Below are positions 1 to 12,320 of a DNA stretch of 64,000 nucleotides, piece after piece (the stretch's first letter is position 1; each line of letters opens with the position of its first letter). Source of the stretch: Candidatus Omnitrophota bacterium (GTDB taxonomy: Bacteria > Omnitrophota > Gorgyraeia > Duberdicusellales > 4484-171). The position numbers and the translations under genes are program-made. The stretch covers positions 16,948 through 80,947 of the forward strand of contig WJJJ01000026.1 of assembly GCA_014729775.1 (NCBI GenBank), written 5' to 3'. Below the pieces are notes generated by a model. The model was not told where the DNA came from. It made no database searches and saw only the letters and a list, made by a program, of their open reading frames with translations.

Positions 1-163
1 CCATGGCCGCCGCGAGAATCGGTACCGCGAATCTCTGCCCGCCGAATTCCCACGACACGTCCACTTCTTCTGGATTCAGCGTAACCTTCCCCGGCGCGAG
101 CGCGACTTCATCAAATCCGTAACACCTGCGGGCACGGCGCCCCATTCCAATCCATTCCGCCAT
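1..163 (-). CDS. GuaB3-family IMP dehydrogenase-related protein, N-terminal part (runs off the window)
   Basis: Manual translation from ATG at 163 gives MAEWIGMGRRARRCYGFDEVALAPGKVTLNPEEVDVSWEFGGQRFAVPILAAAM, typical of the GuaB3/IMPDH-family N-terminus. AGGAG RBS at 171-175. Not in the ORF track. Confidence 0.85.
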   Translation of the reverse strand, partial: MAEWIGMGRRARRCYGFDEVALAPGKVTLNPEEVDVSWEFGGQRFAVPILAAAM

Positions 164-230
164 AAGAAACCTCCTATTCCCTTGTCACAACCGCGTAAAA
201 ATACTCCTGCTGATTCATCTTCTCAGCCCC

Positions 231-248
231 ATCCAGAATCCAGGATCA
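231..248. repeat. Short heptamer tandem (ATCCAGA ATCCAGG ATC)
   Basis: Read directly. The same unit occurs at 12293-12313 and 51161-51188. Confidence 0.5.
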
Positions 249-1238
249 CGCTTCCCTCTCTCCTGATTCCGCGCCCTGCACGGCCTCTTCCGATCGCGGG
301 GGCAATGCCCGCTCCAGTTCCTCGCGAAGACATGCTTCCGGATCCGGGTATTCCGGCTCCTTCCATTCCGGAGCGGTATCGTTCAACAGATATTCGGCCA
401 GCATGCGTCCCTGCCGTCCGGAAATTTCTTCCTGACCGAAGAAAAATTTACGGTGTGCCGCATCGTCTCCGGTCACGCTTCCCGCACAGAACACGCGCTC
501 CAAATTAGTAAAAAACACCCCGAAGGTCTCGGCACCTTCAGGCAGGAAACGGGTTGCCGGCTCAAAACCGGAATCTTTGATCACGATCTGCGCCGACAGC
601 ACTTTCAACGGCTCAAGTTTTACCGCCTTGACCATTTTTTCCCCGATTATTTCGGCCAGCGCGGCTCCCTCGTATATTTCAATGCGGTGTTGACCGCATC
701 GTTCAAAGACCAGTTCACGCGAATTTCCGAGAAACCCGAAATCCTTTCCCACCAGCCGTACCCGCATCTTGCACCGGGCACAGGCGAACGCCCACCGGAT
801 TCCCTGCCAGGTAGAAGCTTCGATACACACTTCTTCGCTGATTTTCAGGTAATCGTTCACTTTCAAAAGATTGAGGTCCGAAAGATACGAAAATCCTTCC
901 CGGTGCACTCCCCGCAGATCTTCTTTTCTGGACTGCATTCCGGAGGCTACCGCGAGGGTGCCGTATTCATGCGTATTTCCGCTTTTCAGCACGACTTTGC
1001 GCCTGTGCGGCCGTACCTGAACTGCCGGCGCACAGATAAATTCGATGCGCTGTCCCGCGGCCCACCGGTCCAGACGCAGCGGCGCCGGAAACGTATCGGC
1101 AAAAATAAAGGATCGGTTCTCCCACACCGCCGGCCGGGCGTCAATGAGCGTGATCGGCAGCGAGACGTGCTGCGCTCTGACCGTTTCAATAAGATTCCGT
1201 CCTGCGTTTCCGCCCCCGATCACCGTAAGCTGTTTCAT
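246..1238 (-). CDS. FAD-dependent pyridine nucleotide-disulfide oxidoreductase-like protein (divergent)
   Basis: N-terminal GGGNAG Rossmann motif, 'YGTLAVASG' (ATG-motif equivalent), 'VFCAGS' (GD-motif equivalent). The second dinucleotide motif is degenerate. Confidence 0.7.
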   Translation of the reverse strand: MKQLTVIGGGNAGRNLIETVRAQHVSLPITLIDARPAVWENRSFIFADTFPAPLRLDRWAAGQRIEFICAPAVQVRPHRRKVVLKSGNTHEYGTLAVASGMQSRKEDLRGVHREGFSYLSDLNLLKVNDYLKISEEVCIEASTWQGIRWAFACARCKMRVRLVGKDFGFLGNSRELVFERCGQHRIEIYEGAALAEIIGEKMVKAVKLEPLKVLSAQIVIKDSGFEPATRFLPEGAETFGVFFTNLERVFCAGSVTGDDAAHRKFFFGQEEISGRQGRMLAEYLLNDTAPEWKEPEYPDPEACLREELERALPPRSEEAVQGAESGEREA

Positions 1239-2083
1239 TTTTCCTGTTTCGTCCTTCGGGCCGCGGTCACCGCGTTATCCAGTAAAAAAAGCGGGGTCAA
1301 TTTCCCCACGCCTCCGGGGACGGGCGTCACCGCGGATGCCTTCGCTTGTATCCGTTCAAATTCCACATCTCCGCAAAGTTTTCCGTCTTTGCGCCCGGTC
1401 CCCACGTCGATGACCACGGCTTCCGGCCGGATCCAGTCGGCTTTCACCAATTCCGGCACACCGGCAGCGGAAATAACGATCTCGGCGTTTTGCAGGAACC
1501 GGGGAAGGTCCCCCCGTTCATGAGTAGCGATGTGCGTAATCGTAACCGTCGCCATCCTCCGGCCCAGCAGTAACGCGAGCGGTTTTCCGATTAACGTGGA
1601 AAAACCGATCAGCGTCACTTTTTTCCCGTACAGATCCGGACTGACGAGAGAGAGAACTTTCAGCACACTGCGTACCGTCGGCGAAAGAAAGACCGGTTCC
1701 CCGCTGAATAGCTTGCCCAGGTTCCAGGGTGTCATCCCCTCTACGTCCTTCCGCGGGTCCAGCGCGGCAAACACCTCTTCTTCTTTCCAGCCGGGTGGGA
1801 ATGGTTTATGTACGCATATTCCCGTCACCTTCTCGTCTCTGTTCAACGCGTCGAGCGCTTCGCGTAGTGCACTCAATGACGTGTCTTTCCCGAGCACGAT
1901 CCTTCGGTATTCGATCCCGATCTCGCGCGCGAGGCGCTCCTGTGAAGCCAAATACACTCCGCTGGAAAATTGATCTCCTATCGCAACCGATGCCAACACG
2001 CAGGGCGGAGCGCTTTTGACTTTCCGCACCAAATCGGATTTCAGTACGTCATGGGTATGCTTGGTTTCTATGACTCTTCCCAT
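1235..2083 (-). CDS. folD: Methylenetetrahydrofolate dehydrogenase (FolD family), probably monofunctional
   Basis: KDVEG, VIDVG, GDV and TPVPGGVG motifs. Has YLASQ instead of YxxxK. Confidence 0.92.
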   Translation of the reverse strand: MGRVIETKHTHDVLKSDLVRKVKSAPPCVLASVAIGDQFSSGVYLASQERLAREIGIEYRRIVLGKDTSLSALREALDALNRDEKVTGICVHKPFPPGWKEEEVFAALDPRKDVEGMTPWNLGKLFSGEPVFLSPTVRSVLKVLSLVSPDLYGKKVTLIGFSTLIGKPLALLLGRRMATVTITHIATHERGDLPRFLQNAEIVISAAGVPELVKADWIRPEAVVIDVGTGRKDGKLCGDVEFERIQAKASAVTPVPGGVGKLTPLFLLDNAVTAARRTKQEK

Positions 2084-2598
2084 CGTTCCAATTCCGCGGC
2101 AAATACCGCCGATTCTTCGCCGGTCACGCCGAACAGATGCTCGTTGGCTTCAAGATTATTCAGACAGGCGCGCAGCGCCAGCCGCGCGCATTGATCCCCT
2201 AATACAAAATCGGAATAAATACTTTTCTTTATACCAGATTCTGACTTTTTTACAAGCGCGTGAAGTGCCGTACAGGCTCGGCCGGTGGTGAGAACAATGC
2301 CCTGACATCGCTCTGCCGCACCCTTCCGTGCATCTCCCCGGAGAGACATCACTTCGGCGAACACTTTTCCGTCCAAATCGATATGTCCGGCCACTCGTTC
2401 ACGCAGGGACGAAAGCAGGGCAAGTTCATCTGCGTAACTCTGTTCCCGGGAAGCGGAATACCTCAGCGCTTTTTCCACCAGCCCCGCGCCGAGACAGAGC
2501 AGCAGAGCGGCAACGCTCCCTCCCCCGGGGGCGGGACTGCGTTGGCGCAAATCATTCAAAAAGGGGAGCACACATTCAAGATACTTCTGTTCACTCAT
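2068..2598 (-). CDS. fchA: Methenyl-THF cyclohydrolase / cyclodeaminase (FTCD_C, FchA-like)
   Basis: SPAPGGGSVAAL motif, helical domain, adjacent to folD. Confidence 0.8.
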   Translation of the reverse strand: MSEQKYLECVLPFLNDLRQRSPAPGGGSVAALLLCLGAGLVEKALRYSASREQSYADELALLSSLRERVAGHIDLDGKVFAEVMSLRGDARKGAAERCQGIVLTTGRACTALHALVKKSESGIKKSIYSDFVLGDQCARLALRACLNNLEANEHLFGVTGEESAVFAAELERWEES

Positions 2599-2945
2599 AA
2601 ATTTCGGTGTTCAAACGCGTCTTTGATCAATACATACTGCGCCCAGCGCCGGCCGAAGGTGATCTCCACGACGTCATACCCCAATTGCTCGCCGGGATAT
2701 TCCGGCGCATAACAGGCGGCAACGTGCGAAATTCGCCTCTGCTTGTTCCGGGTAACCGCCTCTCGTCCCCGGCATAACGCACCGGCGCGGCGGGCTTTCA
2801 CCTCGATGAACCGTACGCCCTCTCCGTTCCGGGCGAGAATATCCACTTCTCCGCGGCGGGTACGGATATTGGTCTTCAGTATCCGGTAGCCTTTCCGCCG
2901 CAGGAACTCACAGGCATCGCGCTCAGCCGTCCGCCCTCTGCGCAT
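2595..2945 (-). CDS. yraN: YraN family endonuclease-like protein
   Basis: GRTAE..A..FL..KGYRIL..N, GEVDILA, FIEVKAR. The start is reassigned to ATG 2945. Typical position after rnhB. Confidence 0.88.
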   Translation of the reverse strand: MRRGRTAERDACEFLRRKGYRILKTNIRTRRGEVDILARNGEGVRFIEVKARRAGALCRGREAVTRNKQRRISHVAACYAPEYPGEQLGYDVVEITFGRRWAQYVLIKDAFEHRNL

Positions 2946-3534
2946 ACTCCCCGATCTGACGGCGATGACAGGGCCGGTAACTTTTCCGGTGGAACAGAGA
3001 CGCTTCCCGGCGCTGCAATAATTCCCTGTGCCGGGCGGTCGGATACCCCTTATGCCGGGCAAAGTCCCACTCCGGCCATACGCAATGCGCCAGCTCCATA
3101 CAATGATCACGCGCCACCTTCGCCACGATCGACGCGCAGGAAACTTCCAAAACCCGGGCATCGGCTCCTTTTTCGCAGCGAATCCGCACCGGCAACGAAG
3201 TACGGAAACAGGGCCCGTCGATGACGAATTCCGCGGTGCTCAGCTGAGGAGCTTTCTTTAACAGCCCCGAGATCGCCCGTTCGAAGGCGAGGAACGTGGC
3301 TTTGAGAATATTAAGTTCGTCGATCTCCCCTTCCCGGGAGAGCGCGACCGCAAACAGCGCGTACTGCCGGAGCCATTGAAATATTTCCTGACGTTGCCGC
3401 GGCGGAGTTTTTTTCGAGTCTCTCACGCGAAATCCAGGACGGCGGGGCAGCCATAACGCACAGCTCACCACCGGACCGGCCAGCGGACCTCTCCCCGCTT
3501 CGTCGACTCCAACCCGCAATAGGCTCATTGGCAC
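2923..3534 (-). CDS. rnhB: Ribonuclease HII
   Basis: GVDEAGRGPLAGPV, DSKK, ASIVAKVARD, HKGYPT. Confidence 0.96.
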   Translation of the reverse strand: MPMSLLRVGVDEAGRGPLAGPVVSCALWLPRRPGFRVRDSKKTPPRQRQEIFQWLRQYALFAVALSREGEIDELNILKATFLAFERAISGLLKKAPQLSTAEFVIDGPCFRTSLPVRIRCEKGADARVLEVSCASIVAKVARDHCMELAHCVWPEWDFARHKGYPTARHRELLQRREASLFHRKSYRPCHRRQIGEYAQRADG

Positions 3535-3885
3535 TTACGTCTGCATTGCTTTCTTTCCGACCCGGCCGCGAAGATAGTACAACCGTTTCCGGCGTGGTTT
3601 CCGTTTGGTGCGTTTGAGCAGCTCAATCCGGCTGATCTTCGGAGAATAATAGGGAAACGTCACCTCATACGCCTCACCGTACGCGATCCGCCGCAGGGTA
3701 AAAGACTTCCGGTGCATTTGCCCCTGTATCTTCAGTACGATCCCCTGCACCGGATGAATCCGTTCTTTATCCCGTTCCCGGATCTTATAGAAGACTTTAA
3801 TCAGATCCCCCTGTGAGAATTCAGGATAATCTTCCCGTTCCATCTGCGCTTTCAGCTCTTTTTCGACTTCAAACAATTTTCCCAT
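3535..3885 (-). CDS. rplS: 50S ribosomal protein L19
   Basis: PEFSQGD, RRKRLYYLR. trmD-rplS-rnhB synteny. Confidence 0.95.
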   Translation of the reverse strand: MGKLFEVEKELKAQMEREDYPEFSQGDLIKVFYKIRERDKERIHPVQGIVLKIQGQMHRKSFTLRRIAYGEAYEVTFPYYSPKISRIELLKRTKRKPRRKRLYYLRGRVGKKAMQT

Positions 3886-3946
3886 GAGATCCTCCTTCTT
3901 TGCGCGTAAGTAGTGTCCGTTTCTTTTTTTGCTTTTGTGGTACCTT

Positions 3947-6001
<2,055 letters not shown>

Positions 6002-6136
6002 AGAAAGGATCCCTCCCGGGAATTCAGTTCTTTTGGAGCCGTGCTTCCGTTCACCTGCACCGGAAAATCACCCTCTCCCCTCATGGGACGTTCCCCCATG
6101 CCGGTTGCGGAGACGGAATTCATTGTCGAAGGAGAA

Positions 6137-6592
6137 TTACGATTCGAATTTTTGAAACAGGGCGATGATGTCACTGCTCTTTTCTGCCGCCATCAGTTCG
6201 CGGCGGAACGCCGCGTCCATCAACAACTTGGAAAGCTCGGCAAGAAGACGCAGATATAGATTCAGTTCCTGCGGATTGGCGCCCATGAGAAAAATTAGAT
6301 GTACCGGTTCGCCGTCCAGCGCGCTGAAGTCGACCCCGGACGAAGACTTCCCGAACCCGATCAGAAAACCGTCCACCGAATCGGTGCGGGAGTGAGGGAT
6401 CGCGACGCCGTGTCCGATCCCGGTCGAACCCAGCGATTCCCGCTCCAGGATATCCCGGATAAAAGCCTCCTGCTCGTTAATTTCTCCGCCGCTGTTGAGT
6501 GAACCTGCGATTTCGCGAATCGCTTCCTCTTTATTTTGAGCCGAAAGGTTCATCTGACATGCGTGCTCTTTCAAATAGTCCGAAATTTTCAT
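6137..6592 (-). CDS. PTS EIIA (Fru/Mtl/Ntr-type) domain protein
   Basis: RESLGSTGIGHGVAIPH with the phospho-His, and DFSALDGEPVHLIF. The start is reassigned to MKISDY at 6592. Confidence 0.9.
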   Translation of the reverse strand: MKISDYLKEHACQMNLSAQNKEEAIREIAGSLNSGGEINEQEAFIRDILERESLGSTGIGHGVAIPHSRTDSVDGFLIGFGKSSSGVDFSALDGEPVHLIFLMGANPQELNLYLRLLAELSKLLMDAAFRRELMAAEKSSDIIALFQKFES

Positions 6593-6614
6593 CGACTTCT
6601 CCTTACTTTGGTGT

Positions 6615-7094
6615 TTATATTGACCCGTAAAGCATTTCCACTTTTTCGTAATCCTTGACCACGACCACCGTACAGGGGGATTCACGAAAAATCCGTTCCC
6701 CTTCATCGTAAAAGATTTCCTTACGGGAAACCGCTTCTTTCAATTCTCCCATCACCAGCATATCAGCATTCAGCTGTTTGATCGTTTCCACGACTTCATC
6801 ATGGACCACACCCCGGGTCAGCACCGGTTCGAACGCGACGCCTTTTTGTTCGGCCATCCTCCGAACCCGCTCCAGGAACCTGCGGCCCTGCTCCTCCAAA
6901 TCACTTTCGTATCCCTGCGCCTCGACTTCCACGAAAATCTTGCTTTTCAGCAGGTCACCCAGCGCTTTTTCATCAACCACATATACCGCGGTAAGTTTCG
7001 CGTCCAGCTGCTGAGCCAGATAGACCGCGTACTTTGCGGTTAATAAAGACACCACGCCGCCGGCGACGGATACCACGATATTCTTTATTCCCAT
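6615..7094 (-). CDS. Universal stress protein (USP)
   Basis: NIVVSV..YAVYLA..AVYVVD..ADMLVMG..PCTVVVVK, the UspA fold pattern. Confidence 0.9.
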   Translation of the reverse strand: MGIKNIVVSVAGGVVSLLTAKYAVYLAQQLDAKLTAVYVVDEKALGDLLKSKIFVEVEAQGYESDLEEQGRRFLERVRRMAEQKGVAFEPVLTRGVVHDEVVETIKQLNADMLVMGELKEAVSRKEIFYDEGERIFRESPCTVVVVKDYEKVEMLYGSI

Positions 7095-7119
7095 CCCATC
7101 CTCCTTTACTCGGTATGGA

Positions 7120-7737
7120 TTATTTCTTCCGCATCCGTTCTTTGAGCACTTTCAGCAGGGAAAATGCATCACGCGCTTCCTCTTCTAACCGTTCGCCGAT
7201 ATACTTGACGTTTTCCCGGTAATGCGGAAGATATATTCTTTCCAATCCGTTCACTTTTTTTATCGTCCGCTGGACTTCTTTCGCGATACGCAGAAGCGCG
7301 ATCTTTTTCTCCGCAAGCTGCGCGGCGAGTTCGAGGATTCTTTTAAACTTCACGATCACTTCATCCACATAGGTGCTCACCTCGAACGGACTGTAATAAG
7401 GAGGGTTTTCTTTCACGCGCAGACGGATTACCGGGATGGTCACTCCCATAATCCTCCGCTGAGAGATCGATAATGAAGAAGTGATGTCCACGGCACGGCT
7501 CAGCTCATCGACCCGTTCCCGTCCCATGTGCACCACGGCTTTCTCCGCGAGCGCGTACCCTTGGTGCAGCGCTTCGTCGATATCTTTTTGAAGCCTGTCC
7601 ACCATATGCACCAGCGCGCTTAATTCGCCCATGAGTATCCTGCGTTTCTCATCCAGAAGCTGATGCCCCTCTTCGGTAGTGGACAACAGCTTCTTCATCT
7701 TCAGCAGATTGGTTTTCGTCGCCGGAACATGATTCAT
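7120..7737 (-). CDS. atpD: V/A-type ATP synthase subunit D
   Basis: [33 protein letters not shown]. Operon position. Confidence 0.95.
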   Translation of the reverse strand: MNHVPATKTNLLKMKKLLSTTEEGHQLLDEKRRILMGELSALVHMVDRLQKDIDEALHQGYALAEKAVVHMGRERVDELSRAVDITSSLSISQRRIMGVTIPVIRLRVKENPPYYSPFEVSTYVDEVIVKFKRILELAAQLAEKKIALLRIAKEVQRTIKKVNGLERIYLPHYRENVKYIGERLEEEARDAFSLLKVLKERMRKK

Positions 7738-9116
7738 GTGCGTTTCTTGTAATGCATCTTTATTTCTTCTTCTTTTACCCGAACCAGTTCGTCGGGAGGA
7801 AGCAGTGACAGCACGTCCCAGCCGAGTGTCAACCCTTCTTCCAGATCACGGCGCTGCGCGGGATCCTGGGAGAGAAAGCGGCGCTCGAATTCGTCCCCGA
7901 AACGCAGATATCTGCGGTCCAGCGGGGAAAGTTCCTCCTCGCCGATAATCGAGGCCAACGCGCGGATATCTTTTACGTGCGCGTAACAGGCGAACAACTG
8001 AGATGCCAGAGAAGGATGATCGGAACGGGTCATTCCGCTCCCGATATTATCCTTCATGAGACGGGATAACGAAGGCAATCCCGCGATCGGAGGATAAATG
8101 CCGCGGTTGTTCAATTCGCGTTCCAGGACGATCTGTCCCTCGGTGATATACCCGGTAAGATCGGGAATGGGATGGGTAATATCATCGTTAGGCATCGTCA
8201 CGATCGGCAGTTGCGTGATCGACCCTCTTTTCCCTCTCACCATTCCGGCGCGTTCATACAGTCCGGCGAGCTCGCTGTATAAATACCCGGGATAGCCTTT
8301 ACGCGCGGGGATCTCGCCGCGGATAGTCGATAATTCGCGCAGGGCCTCGCAGTAATTGGCCATGTCAGTCATGATCACCAGCACATGAAGGTCCTTTTCA
8401 AAAGCCAGGAACTCCGCGCAGGTAAGCGCGAGCCGGGGAGTAAGAAGCCGTTCAATGGAAGGACTGTCTGCCAAACTGAGAAACATGGCAACCCGTTCCA
8501 GCACTCCGGATTCCCGAAAACTGCGCATAAAAAATTGAGCGGTGTCGTATTTCACTCCCATCGCGGCGAAGATTACGCAAAAGCGTTCGTCTGCGACTTT
8601 CGCCTGGCGGGCAATCTGCGTCGCCAGCAGATCATGGGGCAGTCCGCTTCCGGAAAACACCGGTAATTTTTGTCCCCGTACAAGGGTATTCATGACGTCG
8701 ATCGCCGAAATTCCGGTTTCGATAATATTTTTGGGATAGTCTCTTGCCGTGGGATTGATCGGAAGCCCGTTGACGTTCATCGCGTGCTCGTATACCGGTT
8801 TGGGCATTCCGTCGAGGGGATTCCCAAGCCCGTCAAATACCCTGCCAAGCATATCCTCGGAAACCCCGATGGAAAGCGGCCGCTCCTTGAATTTCACCCG
8901 GCAATTCCGCAGAGAGAACCCGCTCGTCCCCCCCAATGCCTCGACGACCGCGAACTCCTTTCCGACTTCAAGCGTAATGCCTATTCGCGTGCGTCCCTTC
9001 TCATCGGTGATCTCCACCAGCTCGTTGTATCCGACATTGTGGATATTGCGGATAAGAAATATCGGACCGACGATTTCTTCGAATCCGGTATACTCTCTCA
9101 AACGGTAATCAGACAT
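7734..9116 (-). CDS. atpB: V/A-type ATP synthase subunit B
   Basis: [53 protein letters not shown]. Confidence 0.98.
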   Translation of the reverse strand: MSDYRLREYTGFEEIVGPIFLIRNIHNVGYNELVEITDEKGRTRIGITLEVGKEFAVVEALGGTSGFSLRNCRVKFKERPLSIGVSEDMLGRVFDGLGNPLDGMPKPVYEHAMNVNGLPINPTARDYPKNIIETGISAIDVMNTLVRGQKLPVFSGSGLPHDLLATQIARQAKVADERFCVIFAAMGVKYDTAQFFMRSFRESGVLERVAMFLSLADSPSIERLLTPRLALTCAEFLAFEKDLHVLVIMTDMANYCEALRELSTIRGEIPARKGYPGYLYSELAGLYERAGMVRGKRGSITQLPIVTMPNDDITHPIPDLTGYITEGQIVLERELNNRGIYPPIAGLPSLSRLMKDNIGSGMTRSDHPSLASQLFACYAHVKDIRALASIIGEEELSPLDRRYLRFGDEFERRFLSQDPAQRRDLEEGLTLGWDVLSLLPPDELVRVKEEEIKMHYKKRT

Positions 9117-9133
9117 GTGACGGTTCCTCCCGC

Positions 9134-10888
9134 TTAAAAACTCAATTCCTCCAGAGACTGCCTGACTCGCTGCGGCAGACGCGCGAGTTCCTCCAGCATT
9201 TCCTCGGTATATTTAAAACGCATGCGTATCATGTCCTTATACACAGGCAGTATGCGCAGCTCCTCGATACTAATCCCCTGCTGTACCAGCTTGCCGGCCT
9301 GCTGGTAAAACTCAAGGATGGTCTTGAGCATCAAAAACTGCTTCTTGGGGGACGCGTAGGTATCCACCGCGTCATAGGCGCTTTGCTGCAAAAACGCGTT
9401 TTTGAATAAGGCGCAGGTCTCCAGTACCAGCCGCTGTTTTTGGGGGAGTACGTCCGGCCCCACCAGTTTGACGACCTGGCTCAGCCGTTCCTCCTGTTGA
9501 AATAGATCCATCACTAAATAGCGCAGTGCGACCCATTCCCGGTCGACATGCGCGAACCACCAGCCTTTGATATCATCGATATATTCCGAATAACTGCTGG
9601 TCCAGCTGATCGCCGGATAATGACGGGCATTCGCCAAATCCTTGTCTAAAGCCCAGAAACAGCGGACGAATCGTTTCGTGTGCGAGGTCACCGGCTCGGA
9701 AAAATCTCCTCCCGGCGGGGAAACCGAGGCGATAATCGTGATCGAGCCTCTCTCCCCGGACATTGTCTCCGCATTGCCCGCCCGTTCATAAAACGCCGCC
9801 AGCCTTGAAGGCAGGTAGGCGGGAAACCCTTCCTCCAGCGGCATTTCTTCCAGGCGGCCGGAAAGCTCTCTCAGCGCCTCAGCCCAGCGAGAGGTCGAAT
9901 CTCCCATCAGCGCGACGTGATATCCCATATCCCGGTAATATTCGGCGAGCGTGATACCGGTATAAATACTCGCTTCCCGGGCGGCTACCGGCATATTTGA
10001 GGTATTGGCGATAAAGATCGTCCGTTCCAAAAGAGGCTTTTGCGTCCGGGGGTCAATCAGTTTTGCGAAATTCATCAGCACGTCCGTCATCTCGTTGCCG
10101 CGTTCTCCGCAGCCCACGAATACTACCACATCCGCATCGCTCCATTTGGCGATTTGATGCTGGGTCACGGTTTTCCCCGTACCAAACCCTCCGGGAACCG
10201 CCACACATCCTCCCTTTGCCACCGGGAACAGCGTATCGATAATCCTCTGCCCGGTAAGCAACGGGACTTCGATCGGCCGCTTGGCTTTGATCGGCCGGGG
10301 ATTCCGCACCGGCCACCGCTGATGCAGAAATACCTCCCGCGATTCGCCCGCCTCCTCAACCACCGCGATCTTTTCATCAATGTGATACTCACCGGCGTCG
10401 GCAACCCAGATCAGCGTCCCCCGCACCTCCGGCGGACAGAGCACTTTGTGGAGAATCAAAGACGTTTCCTGCACCTCCCCGATCACTTCCCCTCCGGAAA
10501 TGCGGTCTCCGCTCTTTCTTTTCGGAAGAAAGGACCATTTCTTTTCCCGTGACAACGGCCGGGTCCGCATGCCCCGCTGAATGAATATCCCTTCCTGCTC
10601 GTAAATCACTTCCAGCGGCCGCTGAATGCCGTCGTAAATAGTACCGATCAGTCCCGGCCCGAGCTCCACCGAAAGCGGCGCGTCGGTACTGTATACCGGA
10701 TCTCCGGCTTTCAGCGAAGTGGTATCCTCATACACCTGGACAAAGGCGTGTTCACCTTTCAGCCGCACGACCTCACCGATCAAATGCTCCCGCCCGACTT
10801 CGACCATATCCAGCATGCGCACTCCCCGCACGCCCTCGACTTCGACCACCGGTCCGCTTACCCGGAACACTTTTCCCGCGACTAACAT
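9134..10888 (-). CDS. atpA: V/A-type ATP synthase subunit A
   Basis: P-loop [41 protein letters not shown]. Confidence 0.98.
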   Translation of the reverse strand: MLVAGKVFRVSGPVVEVEGVRGVRMLDMVEVGREHLIGEVVRLKGEHAFVQVYEDTTSLKAGDPVYSTDAPLSVELGPGLIGTIYDGIQRPLEVIYEQEGIFIQRGMRTRPLSREKKWSFLPKRKSGDRISGGEVIGEVQETSLILHKVLCPPEVRGTLIWVADAGEYHIDEKIAVVEEAGESREVFLHQRWPVRNPRPIKAKRPIEVPLLTGQRIIDTLFPVAKGGCVAVPGGFGTGKTVTQHQIAKWSDADVVVFVGCGERGNEMTDVLMNFAKLIDPRTQKPLLERTIFIANTSNMPVAAREASIYTGITLAEYYRDMGYHVALMGDSTSRWAEALRELSGRLEEMPLEEGFPAYLPSRLAAFYERAGNAETMSGERGSITIIASVSPPGGDFSEPVTSHTKRFVRCFWALDKDLANARHYPAISWTSSYSEYIDDIKGWWFAHVDREWVALRYLVMDLFQQEERLSQVVKLVGPDVLPQKQRLVLETCALFKNAFLQQSAYDAVDTYASPKKQFLMLKTILEFYQQAGKLVQQGISIEELRILPVYKDMIRMRFKYTEEMLEELARLPQRVRQSLEELSF

Positions 10889-11540
10889 TCTGCCTCCCTC
10901 AGTAGTTCCATGTAAATGTCGTCATACTGCCGCTGCAGCCTGGCCTGGAACCGGTTATCGTAGCGGAGACGTCCCTCGTCGGCTTCCAGCACTACCCCGA
11001 GGTCCTGAAACTGTCCCTCTTCCCAGTAGCAAACCACGGGTTTTCCGCATTGGTCATGAATACGTTCGCTCACTTCATTCCGAAAGCCGGAATCGAACAG
11101 GGGTGCGTCGTTGACCGCGTACCGCACGTGCAGCTGGGCACGGTCAATGACTTTCGCCCCCTCTAGGATCGCCTCCCGCAGAAACTGGCGGTACCCCGGA
11201 TCCTCCCGGAATTCCCGGGCGCGGCGCTTCACCTCCTCAAGAATCAACCGGGCGTAGGCGCTTTTTTGTTCCATCTGAGCCCGCCGTTTCTCTAAATGCA
11301 GGGAAGACAAATTTTTTTCCCGCAGTTTCTCCAGATCACTGCGGGCGGCAGACAGCATCTCATTCCGTTTCTCCCCAGCCGCGGCGCGCGCCTGGCGCCG
11401 GACATTTTCGGCATCACGTTCGGCACGTTCCCGGATACTGTGGATCTGTGTTTCGGCTTCAAGCCGGATCTGCTCGCAGATTTTCTCGGCATCCCGGGCA
11501 CTCATTGAAGAATAGTCGTTCGGTAATTGATTCATTCCGC

Positions 11541-11544
<4 letters not shown>
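10882..11544 (-). CDS. atpE: V/A-type ATP synthase subunit E
   Basis: Helical N-terminus and C-terminal GVVL..DEGRLRYDNRF. Position upstream of subunit A. Confidence 0.85.
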
Positions 11545-12175
<631 letters not shown>

Positions 12176-12233
12176 TTACTTCCTTTCTTTGGTCAAAAAG
12201 ACTGCCTCCGTCTCACTCCTCAATGAATCAAAA

Positions 12234-12313
12234 TTCTCTTCTTTTCTGCCTCTTCCTTTCTATTTCTTTCCTCTTCTCTCTTTCTCATCCTTATCCAGGA
12301 TCGAAGATCCAGT
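12234..12313. repeat. Degenerate heptamer arrays in the I-K intergenic region
   Basis: ttctctt cttttct gcctctt cctttct atttctt tcctctt ctctctt (12234-12282), then ATCCAGG ATCGAAG ATCCAGT (12293-12313). Confidence 0.65.
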
Positions 12314-12320
12314 TTCCCCC

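Noticed and set aside
189-201. 13-mer TTTTTACGCGGTT shared (inverted) with 29077-29089
   Set aside because: Only two copies, partly homopolymer and non-palindromic, so it is compatible with chance.
453-1523. Long plus-strand ORFs (also 16669-17706, 27418-28278, 35575-36504, 40048-41127)
   Set aside because: They are antisense shadows of well-supported minus-strand genes, with no recognisable motifs, and are expected from codon bias at this GC content.
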